Part shown: positions 42,440 to 53,313 of the stretch, one piece after another
Layout: every line of letters begins with the position of its first letter
Position numbering within the stretch: position 1 is the first letter of the stretch
DNA from: Thermoanaerobaculia bacterium
GTDB lineage: Bacteria; Acidobacteriota; Thermoanaerobaculia; UBA5066
Direction of reading: 5' to 3'
NCBI GenBank assembly: GCA_963816185.1
Contig: CAWFJJ010000001.1
Location: 256,001-320,000 of the forward strand
DNA length: 64,000 nt
The notes under the pieces: model-generated
What the model was told of the DNA's origin: nothing
The model's input: the letters and a program-made list of their open reading frames with translations, nothing else
Databases searched by the model: none
Translations under genes and position numbers: made by a program

Positions 42440-43891
42440 GTTGACACGCCCCTCGCGGCGCCCGGCACGGCCGACGACCCGTCCCCGTTCCGGGCGCGCG
42501 AGCTCTTCCTGCCGGTCGGCCTCGCGCTCGTCCTGGGCGCCGTCGCGCTGAGAAGCGGTCCCCGGCTCGTGGATGACGCCTACATCACGTTCCGATACGC
42601 CCGGAACCTCGCCGAAGGCGAAGGCCTCGTCTACAACGCCGGCGAGAAGGTCCTCGGGACGTCGGCACCGCTCTTTGCCGTCCTCCTCGCGGGCCTCCAC
42701 CGGCTGACGGGCACGGCGATCCCGGCAATCGCCTTCGCACTGGGCGCTGCGTGCCTTCCGGCCTGCGCCCTCCTCGGATACCGGCTTGCACGCCGCGCCT
42801 CGAGCCCGCTGTTCGCGGCCCTCTTTGTCGCGGCCGGGCTCTCCCCGCTCGAGTCGCTCCGAGTGTTCTCCTCGGGGATGGAGACGCCCCTCTACCTTTT
42901 CGGGCTCCTCCTCGCGGTCGAGATCGCGTGCCGCGGCCGCGACGCGACCGCCTTCGCCGTCGCGGGCGCACTCGCCTTCGTTCATCCGGACGCCGTCCTG
43001 CTCCTCCCGGCGCTCGCCGTCGCGCTCCGTGTCGGGCGCGCACGGTGGCCCTGCCGCCCGCTCGCCCTCGGCCTCATTCCGGCTGCTGCCGCGACGGCTG
43101 CCCTCTGGGTCGCGTACGGCTCGCCCGTCCCTCACAGCGTGACGGCCAAGCGGCTTGCGTACACCGCGCCCTTCGGCCACTCGTTCTCTCTTCTCGCCGA
43201 TACGATCTTCGACCCGATCGTGGCGCGCGAGACGCCGGCATCTCCTCTCGTCGCCGTCCTTCTCTCCGCTGCCGCGCTCGCCCTCATTCTCTTTTTCGGA
43301 CGGGCCGCGCTCAAGGGGCTTGCGGCTCTCGCCTTCGCCGGCTTTTCGGCTCTCTACTTTTCGGCCTTCGCCGTCGCGAATCCCCTCGTCTTCGGGTGGT
43401 ATCACCCGCCCCTGACGCTCGCCTGGACGTTCGTCGTCGTCGCGTGCGCGGCGCACCTTCCGCGAGCGTGGCGCTCGGCCGCGGCAGTCCTCCTCGCGGG
43501 CTCCTTCGCGATCCACGTGGTCGCGTTCCGTCCATACGACCCGTCGGGCCGCGAGGACGTCTTCGCCCGTGCGGCGGCAGCACTCGCGCTGCGGCCGGAG
43601 GAGACCGTCGCGGCGCCCGAGATCGGCGCCCTGGGCTGGGCCACGCGCGCGCGCGTCCTCGACACGACGGGCCTCGTCTCGCCCGCCGCCCTCGCATGGC
43701 GGGGGCGACACGAGAGCGGGTTCGGCTTGATCCCGCCACGCCTCCTCCGCGAGACGGACGCGAACGCGCTCGTCACGCTCGACATCTTCCTCGCACCGTC
43801 GCTTGGCGCCGATCCGGGCGCGCTGGACCGTTGGTCGGAGGTCACGGTCTCTGGCGCCCGGTCCGTGCGCGTCTTCCGGCGGGTGCGCTGA
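42440..43891 (+). CDS. Polytopic membrane GT-C glycosyltransferase-like protein (start uncertain)
   Basis: DDAYITFRYARNL, GMETPL, PHSVTAK, EIGALG, LDTTGLVSP. Confidence 0.7.
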   Translation, partial: VDTPLAAPGTADDPSPFRARELFLPVGLALVLGAVALRSGPRLVDDAYITFRYARNLAEGEGLVYNAGEKVLGTSAPLFAVLLAGLHRLTGTAIPAIAFALGAACLPACALLGYRLARRASSPLFAALFVAAGLSPLESLRVFSSGMETPLYLFGLLLAVEIACRGRDATAFAVAGALAFVHPDAVLLLPALAVALRVGRARWPCRPLALGLIPAAAATAALWVAYGSPVPHSVTAKRLAYTAPFGHSFSLLADTIFDPIVARETPASPLVAVLLSAAALALILFFGRAALKGLAALAFAGFSALYFSAFAVANPLVFGWYHPPLTLAWTFVVVACAAHLPRAWRSAAAVLLAGSFAIHVVAFRPYDPSGREDVFARAAAALALRPEETVAAPEIGALGWATRARVLDTTGLVSPAALAWRGRHESGFGLIPPRLLRETDANALVTLDIFLAPSLGADPGALDRWSEVTVSGARSVRVFRRVR

Positions 43892-43892
43892 G

Positions 43893-44753
43893 TCAGCCCA
43901 GAGGGCGCTCGGAGCGCCCGTGTGATGCATCGAGGATCTCGATCTTCGGCGCGGGGTCCTCTGGGCGCCGATAGAAGAGCGAGTGTCCGGCGGGTGAGAA
44001 GCCCGCGGCCTCGTAGACGCGGCCGGCCCGCGCGTCGGCCGCGGACAGGAACGCGAGCGAGACGCCGCGCGAGAACGCGGCGCGAACCGCCGCGCACGAG
44101 AGGAAACCGCCGATGCCGCGCCGCCGAAACGCCTCGAGAGTCGAGACGCCGACCAGCTCCGTGAGGCCGTCGTGCGCCGGCTGAATCATCGCCGTGGCGA
44201 CCGGCTCGCCCGCAATCCGGGCGAGGAACGCGAGACCGTCGTCGAGCGTCCCGCGCAAATTGAGCGCCTGCTCGTCCGACGGCGTTCGCCCGGACGGAAG
44301 TCCGAAGGCACGACGCTGCACGTCGAGAAAGACGACGAACTCGTCGAGCGCCGTCGTGGCGTCGAGCGTCGAAACGTCGAGTCCGCTCACGGGCGGCGCG
44401 GCGCGCTCTTCCCCGCGCGGGCACACCATGAGCTGCGCCCGGTTCTCCAGAGCGAAGCCGTGCGCCTCGAGAGCCTCGGCGAGGTTCGGCGCGCACGCCT
44501 CGACGTACTCGAAGCGCGGCACGCGGCCGCGGGCCTCAAACGCCGTCTGGAGGCGCTCGAGCGGCTCGGCGAGGTCGGTCGGGACGGCGGCGGGGCCGTC
44601 GGGAATCGCATAATTGAAGTAGGGCAGCGGGTCCGTATCGTGAAAGAAGAGCGTGAACGGAGGCACCGGCACCGCCTCGTACTGGCGTCGGGCCACCGCA
44701 CGCATCTGCGCCTGGATGCGTTCGAGGAGAGCGGGCCCGGCCGGAGGGGTCAT
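43893..44753 (-). CDS. GNAT acetyltransferase
   Basis: GVSTLEAFRRRGIG, VYEAAGF. Confidence 0.82.
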   Translation of the reverse strand: MTPPAGPALLERIQAQMRAVARRQYEAVPVPPFTLFFHDTDPLPYFNYAIPDGPAAVPTDLAEPLERLQTAFEARGRVPRFEYVEACAPNLAEALEAHGFALENRAQLMVCPRGEERAAPPVSGLDVSTLDATTALDEFVVFLDVQRRAFGLPSGRTPSDEQALNLRGTLDDGLAFLARIAGEPVATAMIQPAHDGLTELVGVSTLEAFRRRGIGGFLSCAAVRAAFSRGVSLAFLSAADARAGRVYEAAGFSPAGHSLFYRRPEDPAPKIEILDASHGRSERPLG

Positions 44754-44793
44754 CGCGCCATTCTAGGGTTCGCGCTCTGCTAGCCTGTCGCGC

Positions 44794-46113
44794 ATGACGC
44801 CCAAGACGCTCGGCTTTCCCCGTTCCCTCGCTCTCTTCGCCGCGCTGGCTTTGTCCGCACCGGGCCCTCTCGGCGCGGCGGAGAAGGCTCCCGCCCCCGG
44901 CGGACCAGCGGCGGTCCTGGTCAAAGCCGGCTCCCTCGTGGACGTCGTGAACGGGACCGTGAAGAAGAACCAGGAGATCCTCATCGAGCACGGCCTGATC
45001 AAGGAGGTCGGGCCGAATCTCGTGGTCCCGGCCGGGACGCGGATCGTCGACCTTTCTCACAGGACCGTCCTCCCGGGCCTGATCGACGCGCACACGCACA
45101 TCACGAGCCAGCCCGAGGATTACTACGGGGACCGCTTCCGCCGGTCGCCGATCGACGTCGCCGTCACCGCGCACGTCTATGCGAAGCGGACTCTCGAGGC
45201 CGGATTCACGACGGCCCGGGTCGTCGGCTCGCCGGAGTACGTCGACGTGGCGCTTCGGAACGCGATCGACTCCGGCAAGGTCTCCGGGCCGCGGCTGAAG
45301 GTCGCAGGCCTGGCGATCGGATCCACGGGCGGGCACGGAGACCTGACGGGCTTCTCTCCGTACCTCCGGTTCGAGCTTTTCTCCGGCGTCGCCGACGGCG
45401 TCGACGCGGTGCGCAAGCTCGTCCGCCAGAACGTGAAGTACGGAGCGGACGTCATCAAGATGATCGCGTCGGCCGGCGTCCTCTCCGAGGAGGAGTCCGT
45501 CGGGGCGCCGCAGTACTCCCTCGAGGAGATGAAGGCGATCTGCGACGAGGCCGCGATGTGGGGCCGGAAAGTCGCCGCGCACGCGCACGGCACGGAGGCG
45601 ATCAAACGCGCGGTGGCTGCCGGCGTGGCGTCGATCGAGCACGGGAGCCTGATCGACGACGAGGGGATCCGCATGATGAAGGAGCGGGGCACGTACCTCG
45701 TGGCCGACGTCTACAACGACGACTGGATCCTCGCGGAGTTCGCGAAGATGGGCTACCCGGAGAAGATCATCGAGAAAGAACGAAGGGTCGGACTCCTCCA
45801 ACGCCAGAATTTCCAGAAAGCCGTCCGGGCCGGCGTGAAGCAGGCGTACGGTACCGACGCCGGCGTCTATCCCCACGGCATGAACGGCAAACAGTTCGCG
45901 CACATGGTGCGCTGGGGCATGACGCCGATGCAGGCGATCCAGGCGGCGACGGTGAACGCCGCCGACCTCCTCGGCTGGACGATGGTCGGTGTCATCGCGC
46001 CGGGGAGGTACGCCGACCTCGTCGCGGTCGACGGTGATCCGCTGAAGGACGTGACGCTTCTCGAGAAGATCCCTTTCGTCATGAAGGGCGGAGAGGTCGT
46101 CGTCTCGCGATGA
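44794..46113 (+). CDS. Secreted metal-dependent amidohydrolase (prolidase-like)
   Basis: PGLIDAHTH, GGHGD, IK, AAHAHG, SIEHG, YGTDAG, ADLVAV. Confidence 0.9.
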   Translation: MTPKTLGFPRSLALFAALALSAPGPLGAAEKAPAPGGPAAVLVKAGSLVDVVNGTVKKNQEILIEHGLIKEVGPNLVVPAGTRIVDLSHRTVLPGLIDAHTHITSQPEDYYGDRFRRSPIDVAVTAHVYAKRTLEAGFTTARVVGSPEYVDVALRNAIDSGKVSGPRLKVAGLAIGSTGGHGDLTGFSPYLRFELFSGVADGVDAVRKLVRQNVKYGADVIKMIASAGVLSEEESVGAPQYSLEEMKAICDEAAMWGRKVAAHAHGTEAIKRAVAAGVASIEHGSLIDDEGIRMMKERGTYLVADVYNDDWILAEFAKMGYPEKIIEKERRVGLLQRQNFQKAVRAGVKQAYGTDAGVYPHGMNGKQFAHMVRWGMTPMQAIQAATVNAADLLGWTMVGVIAPGRYADLVAVDGDPLKDVTLLEKIPFVMKGGEVVVSR

Positions 46114-48505
46114 GAGCGTTCCTCGCCCTCGCGCTCCTCGCCCTGCCTCTCGCCGCGTCGGCCGCCGAGCCGCGCTTCGAGAAGCGCGCCGTGACGGTGA
46201 ACAGCGTCGTATATCCCTATCAAGTCTTCGTGCCCGAGAGCTTCCTCAGCGCCTCGAAGCCTCCCGTCCTCCTCTTCCTCCACGGCGCCGGCGAGCGCGG
46301 CTCGGAGGGCGAGCACACGCAAGTGGGTCTCGGGCGCGCGATCCGGAAGGACCCGGCCCGCTGGCCGTTCCTCGTCGTCTTCCCGCAGTGTCCGAAAGGC
46401 TCGCAGTGGATCGGCGATCCCCAGAAGGCCGCCTTCCTCGCCCTCGAGGAGGCGCTCGTCGAGTTCCACGGCGACCGTGAGCGCGTGTCCCTGCTCGGAA
46501 TGTCGATGGGGGGCGCGGGAACCTGGTGGAGCGCGTTCCAAAGGCCGGGCGTATTCGCGGCGGTCGTGCCGATCTGCGGGTACGTCGTCTCGTCCCGCGG
46601 ATTTCCGATCCAGAGCTTCCGGCCGCCCGACATGCGCCGCGTCCTCGAGTCGGGCGATCCCTATGGAGTCATCGCCCGGGGACTCGGGAAGACGCCGGTG
46701 TGGGCGTTCCACGGCGACGCCGACGACACGATTCCCGTCACGGAGTCGCGTCGGATGGCGGAGGCTTTGCGCCTCTCGGGTGGAAACGCGACGTACACGG
46801 AATTCTCCGGCGTCGGACACGACGCGTGGGACCCGGCGTTCGCCGAGCCCGATCTCGTGCCCTGGCTGCTCGCCCAGCAGCGCGGCGCTCCCGGACGACG
46901 CCCGAAGCCGTCCACGACACCTGTGCTCTATACCGGAGCGACCGTATACCGCGCCTGGGACGCTGGCCCCGCGAAGGCCGCGATTCTCGTCGAAGGGGGC
47001 GGCGTGCGGTTCGTCGGCGCTGAACGCGAAGCGAGGGCGCTCGCGCCCGAGGCGCGTGTCGTCGATCTCGCGGGAGCGGTCGTCGTGCCCGGCCTCACCG
47101 ACGCGCACGGACACCTCCGCGGGCTCGGGGCGCTCCGGCGCGCGGTCGACCTCCGCGGCCTCTCGAAGGAGGAGATTCTCGACGCGCGTGAAGAGACCGC
47201 GCGGCGACGGCCGCCGCGGGCGAGTGGATTCGCGGGCGCGGCTGGGATCAGAACCGGTGGCCCGGGAAGACGTTTCCGACCGCCGCCGAGCTGACCGCCG
47301 TGTCGCCGCGGAATCCGGTCGTTCTCGGGCGCGTGGACGGGCATGCGATCTGGGTGAACGAGGCCGCGCTCGCCGCCGCGCACGTGACCGCGAAGACGAA
47401 CGATCCCGACGGCGGGCGCATCGAGCGCCTTTCGGACGGGCGCCCCGCGGGCGTCCTCGTGGACAACGCGACGGCCCTCGTATGGAACGCAATTCCCGAG
47501 TCCACGCCGGAGGAGATCGCGCACGACTATCGCGCCGCCTTCGAGGCCTGCGCGCGGGTCGGCCTGACGGGCGTGGGCGACGCCTCGGGCTCGAACGCGG
47601 AGGAGATCGGGATCCTTTCGACTCTCGCGCGCGAAAAGAAGATGCCGATCCGGGTCTACGCGACCGTGGGTCCGAAGAATCTCGACGAGGCGATCGCGAA
47701 GGGCCCGTTTCAGGAGGGGCGCCTCACCGTCCGCGCCGTCAAGATCTATGCGGACGGCGCTCTCGGGTCGCGCGGGGCCGCCCTTCTCGCGGATTACAGC
47801 GACGCGCCCGGCAATCGCGGCCTCGATGTGACGCCGCCCGAAGAGATCCGGCGTCTCGCCGAGAAGGCGCTCCGCGGGGGCTTTCAGGTGTGGACGCACG
47901 CGATCGGGGACCGCGCGAACCGGGAGACGCTCGATGCCTACCGAAAGGCGCTCGACGCCGTGCATCCCGCCGATCCGCGCATGCGCATCGAGCACGCGCA
48001 GGTCTTGTCGCTTCGCGACCTCCCGCGCTTCGCGAAGCTCGGTGTGATCGCGTCGGTGCAGCCGACGCATGCGACGTCGGACATGCCGTGGGTCGAATCC
48101 CGCCTCGGCCCCGGGCGGCTCGAGGGCGCCTACGCCTGGCGATCGCTCCTGAAATCCGGCGCCCGTCTCGCGGGCGGAAGCGACTTCGCCGTGGAATCCG
48201 AGAACCCCCTCCTCGGGATCTACGCGGCCGTGACGAGGCAGGACCTCTCGGGCCATCCGCCGGGCGGCTGGCGGAAGGAGGAAGCGCTCACGCGGGCCGA
48301 GGCGCTCCGGCTCTTCACGGCCGACAACGCCTATGCCGAGTTCGCCGAGACGCGGCGCGGACGGATCGCCCCCACGTTCGACGCGGACTTCACGGTCCTC
48401 GACCGCGACATCGTCTCCGAAAAGACGCCGGACTCCGAGATTCCGAAGGCGAAGGTGCGCATGACCGTCGTCGGCGGAGAGATCGTCTACCGGGCCTCGC
48501 CTTGA
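46110..48505 (+). CDS. Apparent fusion of alpha/beta-hydrolase esterase and amidohydrolase-3 (YtcJ-like), frameshift near 47190
   Basis: FLHGAGERG, GMSMGG, FHGDAD, GHDAW run without a stop into PGLTDAHGH; then DGH, ADGALGSRGA, HAIGDRA, RIEHAQ, GSDF. Confidence 0.75.
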
Positions 48506-48543
48506 TACGGCCTCTGCGAAGTCCAGGTGCGCCGAGTCTGACG

Positions 48544-51500
48544 CTATTCGAAGTAAGCGCTGACGTCCACGATCAGGTGAACCGTCGTCCCGGCGGGCTG
48601 AGTGCAGTGGATGGAGATCGCCCCGCCCGTTCCCAGGCCGAGCAGCGCGTTTCCCGCTCGCGTCCTGGTCGCGCCGTACGCGACCGTCGTGGTGTTAGGC
48701 GGGCTCATGCCGGCCGGGTAGACGTTCACCTGGCCTGCCGCGGTACTTCCCGTGACCGTGATGTTCAAAGCGACACCTTGGGCAGTCGAAGGGATTCCGC
48801 ACCTGCCGATCATTGTGAAGGTCCGCTCGGCGTTCGCATCGAGCGCCGGCCCGCCATAGGGCCCGTTCGCATTTCGTGTGTCGACCACGCGGCAAGGAGT
48901 TAGGGTGTGGGAAAGCGTGCCCATCTTGATGACGCCCGAGGCGGTGTTGTTCGTCTCGTTCGTCTCGAGGACGAGATCGTCAGCATCCGCCTTGGCGATG
49001 ACATAGGTAAGTACCGGGCGTGATTCCAGCCGGAATGACGAGGGAGGTCGATCCGGTGCTCGCGGTCCCGGCCGCCAGAGCGGGAATAGAACGGAAGCCG
49101 AGTTCGATGTCCCCGTTATCCCACGTCGTGTCGGTCGACAGGTAGAACCTGGTCGTGGAGGGGGGAGCGGCGCTCGTGCCCGTCTGGTTCATCGTCGTAT
49201 CGGTCACGGTGAACGCCAGGCCTGCCCCGCCGGTCGCCGGGACCGCGAGAGCGGAGACGATCAGATCGACGGGTGACTGGAAGGTCGCCGTGCAGGTCTT
49301 GTTGGCATTCATCGTGACGATGCCATCGGCGCAGTCCGCATCCCCGCTCCAGCCGGTGAAGAAGACGCTCGCGTCGGGCAGGGTGGCCAGGCTCACGACG
49401 GTTCCTCTGATATAGGCCATCGAGCAGGTCGCGCCGCAGTCGATCCCGAACGGACTGCCCGTGACAGTGCCCGTTCCGTTCCCGCCCTTCGTCAACGTCA
49501 ACGTAAACACCGACGGGGGAGGATTCGGCAACGGATTGAGGTAGATGAGCACGCGGCTCCGATTCCCGTCCACGACGTAGAGGTTGCCGCTCGAATCGAA
49601 CGTGGCGGCCTGCGGCCACGAGTAGAGGTCGTTCAACAGGGTGTCGGGATGCTGGCTGACGAGGGGATTCGTGTAGACGTAAGGGAAGCGCGGATTCACG
49701 TAGCTGTTTCCGCCGACCACCATCTGGCCGCTGGAGTTGAATGCCGGCTCGAAAAGGGCGGCGGGGAGCTCCTGCCAATTCGATGGCCGAAGCCGTGAAG
49801 CTGCCCCCCGTGCCGAAGACGCGGCTGGCCGGGATCGCAAAAAGAGCCGTGACCGGGGCGTCCGGGAAGAGGCTGGCGTCGTACTCGAGAAGCCGAAAGT
49901 TCCCGGAGACTTCCGCTGCGTCGTCAGCTACGTAGAGGTTGCCCTGACGATCGAGGGCGACGGCGCCCGGGTTACAAAGGCTGTCCCGGCTGGGGGCGTC
50001 CTGGAGCTCCCCACGCCCCTGGTTGCATGCGATTTCGGAAGCGCTCGTCTGGCCGAGCACGATGTCCACTACCGGTGAGGTCAGAGGATTGCGGACGCGG
50101 AAGACACGATTCCCCACCGGGTCGGCGACCCAGAGCCTGTTTCCCGCCCCGACGGGCGCCACCCCACCAATCGTGAGGTCGGTCCACGTGAGGTTGCCAC
50201 CCCCGAGAACGGGCAAGGGCGGATTGATCGTCACAGAGGGCGTGGCTCCTTTCACTAGAGGAAGTTCGTAGGCAACGATCGAGCCGGCGCGCGTCGCCCA
50301 GAGATGCGAGGCTTGATCCTCCCGGATGCGCCCAAAGTAGGGCTGCTGTTGGAGCAGAGGGTCGGTGGCGCCGACGAATCCGCTGGCCGTCTGGCCGTTC
50401 GCGAGATTGGGAGGATTGTCCCAAAAGAGGAGCCGCCCGCCGTCCGCGACGATGAGCTGGTTCCCGGCCACGGCGACGCCACTGGGAGCATAGGCGCCGG
50501 ATAACCCGACCTCGTTTGGACTCCAGAATTGGCGTGGCTTGAAGAGCCGGGCATCGGTGGAATGCGCGGCTCCGAGGGTCGGCGTCGGGATTGGCGCGGG
50601 GAAGCGCCAGAGATCGTCGTAGGCGCCGCTCGCCAGCACGTTGCCGTCGTTGTCGATGCCGATCGAGGCCCGAGACCAGAGAAGGTTCCACGAGGAGTTC
50701 ACGGCACCGCCCGGGTCCACGAAGTCGGGCCGATCGCCGACCACTCCTGCCCCGTTCGAACCGGCGACGTCCTTGTACAGCACCTTCTGCACGACTCCGC
50801 CGACGAAGAGGAGGAGCTGGTTCTTGTCCGGCTCCTGATGGCCCGAGTCGTTCACCCAGATGCCTCCCGCCGGATCCATCTCCAGACCCGTCGGATCGCT
50901 GAAGGCGTAATTGAGCTGCCGTGTGGCGTTCATGCCGGAGGAAAGTGGGGGATCGAAAATCAGGATCCGAGCGTTGATCTCGTCCGCGACGTAGACGGAC
51001 CCCGTGTTGTCCACGCGCACGGCTGCCGGATACTGCATCTGATTCAAGCCTGCGCCTTCGGAAAAGGAGCTGAAATCCGGTTGTCCGAGCACGAGGTCGG
51101 ATTGGTGGTGAGCCGATCCAGTGCCGGGGTCGTAGGGGAAGCGAAGCACCCGGTGGTCGAAGGAATCGGCGACCCAGAGGTTGTTTGCGGAATCCAACGC
51201 AACGCCCGCGGGGCTACAGAAGCTCTGGGCGTCCGGAGCCGTCTGGCCGCGACGACACAGGTTGCCCGTGAAGTCCGCCTGCCCCCAGATGTCGTCGGCG
51301 ATCGTGTCCGTCGTGAAGGGGGAGTTGTAACGCAGGACCCGATTGTTCTCGGAATCGGGCACGTAAAGGTTTCCGCTGCCGTCTACGAACATGTTCCCGA
51401 TAGGTATTGCTTCTTTGACGGAGATCGAGCTCTCCGGCAGAGTGCAGAGGGTTGCGGCGCTTGCCGGCGCTCGCAATGGAAACCTCTGAAATGCGCCCTC

Positions 51501-52223
51501 CCCATTGCAGGCTGAGCGGCCGAACGAGGGCTGGCCGAGCACGAGGTCCGCGTTTCTCCCCTCCTGGACCGCGCAGGCCGAGGCCGGACAGTCGGAATTG
51601 GACGTGCACGGCTGCCCGATCTTGGTACCGCCGGCGCAGCTTCCCAGATGACTCAGCCCCAGGATGCGGCTGTTGCCGCCATCAAAGACATAGACGCGAT
51701 TCGGCGTTGCGGACCGATCGACGATCGCGCCCGCGGGTATGAACAGGGTTCTCCCCGTGACCTCGTTTGGAACGATCTCGCCGAACTCCGGCTTGCCGAG
51801 AATGATGTCCGCCCAGAGGTCCCCTGCCGTCCCCCGAACGGGGACCCGAGGTGTCACCGTCACGACAGCCGTCTTGTTGACGCCGCCATAGGAAGCCTGG
51901 ATGGTCACTTGGGTGGAAATTGTGACCGCGCCGGTCTTCGCGACGAGAACGCCCTGCGCGACGGCCCCCGCCGAGACCCCGGTCCCCTGGACATCGACGA
52001 TGGCTGGGTCGGTGCTCGTCAAAGTCACGAACGCCGCGGGCGGGGCGGCGGCATCGAAAGCGACCGTGACCGTGAGAGGAGAGCCGCTGACGATACTCGT
52101 CGGGGTCACCGTCAGTGAGACGAGCTTGGCCGCGGCAGCAGCCGCGGGGAACAAGGCTAGAACCGCCGCGAATCCGAAGGCGCGCACTGTACGACCAAGA
52201 GCGCTGCCCACCTGAACGCGCAA
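48544..52223 (-). CDS. Large secreted NHL-repeat protein with InlB-B-like repeat, CARDB-like and C-terminal TLTPCRVVDTR domain; frameshifts near 49780 and 49003
   Basis: ADLVLGQPDF / P-x-G-V-A-x-D / NNRVL repeats, GTGTVT...DCGATC...FTGWSGDADC, DLIVS...ETNETNN. Confidence 0.8.
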
Positions 52224-52405
52224 ACGCCCTCCAAATCGATAAGAGGATCTACTACGTCAAGTGGTGGATCAAGAGGTGCAAACGCATCACAGAGCGATTC
52301 GTTGCCTAACTGCGCGCTGTCTAAGCGCTCTCTTTCCAGGGAGGTTCGGTCGTGTCACGACTGAGACGTTTCCAGGAGGAGAGAGCGTGACGACCTCTCG
52401 CCCGG

Positions 52406-53065
52406 TCACACCTGGCGCAACGATTCCGCGAGCGCCGAATGCCCGCGCTCCTCCGCGAGGTCGGCGGCGGTCTTGCCGTCGTCGGTCCGTGCCGAGACGT
52501 CGGCGCCTTTCTCGCGAAGCAGGCTGACGATCTCGACGTTTCCCTGCGCGGCGGCATTGTGAAGAGACGTCCATCCGCCCTGCTGGCGGGCGTCGGGGTG
52601 GGCGCCCTTGTCGAGCAGCTTCTTCACCGTCGCGGCGTCGCCGCGCGAAGTCGCCGCATGGAGCGGCGTGACCTTGATCGCGTTCGTGGCCGCTGCGTTC
52701 GGGTCCGCGCCCGACGCGAGGAGAAGATCCGCGAGCGCCGTGTGACCGAAGAAAACCGCGAGGCCGAGGACGGGGAATCCATCGGGTGAGACCGCTCGGG
52801 CCGCCGCGGGATCCGACGAGAGGAACGCGCGCACGGCGAGCGCGTCTCCCGCAGCGGTGGCCTCGAAGAGGTCCAGGGAACGGCCGTGCTCGCGGAACAC
52901 GTTCACGAGGCGCGCGTGCCCGCAGTAGACGGCGAAGAGCACGAACGACGAGCCGTCCGGACGGCGCGCGTTCACGAGGGCGGGATCGGCGTCGAGGAGC
53001 GCCCCGACGGCATCGGCATCGCCCTTTCGGACGGCGGCGGCAAGGGCTTCGTGCGCGTCGCTCAA
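52406..53065 (-). CDS. Ankyrin-repeat protein
   Basis: DGFPVLGLAVFFGH, TPLHAA, GWTSLHNAA, GKTAADLA; TTG start inferred. Confidence 0.85.
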   Translation of the reverse strand: MSDAHEALAAAVRKGDADAVGALLDADPALVNARRPDGSSFVLFAVYCGHARLVNVFREHGRSLDLFEATAAGDALAVRAFLSSDPAAARAVSPDGFPVLGLAVFFGHTALADLLLASGADPNAAATNAIKVTPLHAATSRGDAATVKKLLDKGAHPDARQQGGWTSLHNAAAQGNVEIVSLLREKGADVSARTDDGKTAADLAEERGHSALAESLRQV

Positions 53066-53073
53066 AGCTTTCC

Positions 53074-53313
53074 TCAGGTCGAAGGTGGAGGGGTCCCTTC
53101 GGCGGGCGGAGCCGCGACGGCGGGTTTCGGGGCCGGAGGCGCGGCTGCCGGACCTGGAGATGCCGGCGCCGGAGCGGGGGGCTCGCCGTTCGGGAACGCC
53201 TCCGCGTTGCAGAAGTAGCATTTCACCTTCGGCTGAGTTGCGGCTTCCGGTACCCAGTAGAAGAAGCACTTCCCGCACGTAGGACACGTGAACAACTGCC
53301 TTCCGCCCTTCAT
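53074..53313 (-). CDS. Small zinc-ribbon protein with Pro/Ala-rich tail
   Basis: CPTC...CYFC; ATG overlaps the upstream stop (ATGA). Confidence 0.65.
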   Translation of the reverse strand: MKGGRQLFTCPTCGKCFFYWVPEAATQPKVKCYFCNAEAFPNGEPPAPAPASPGPAAAPPAPKPAVAAPPAEGTPPPST

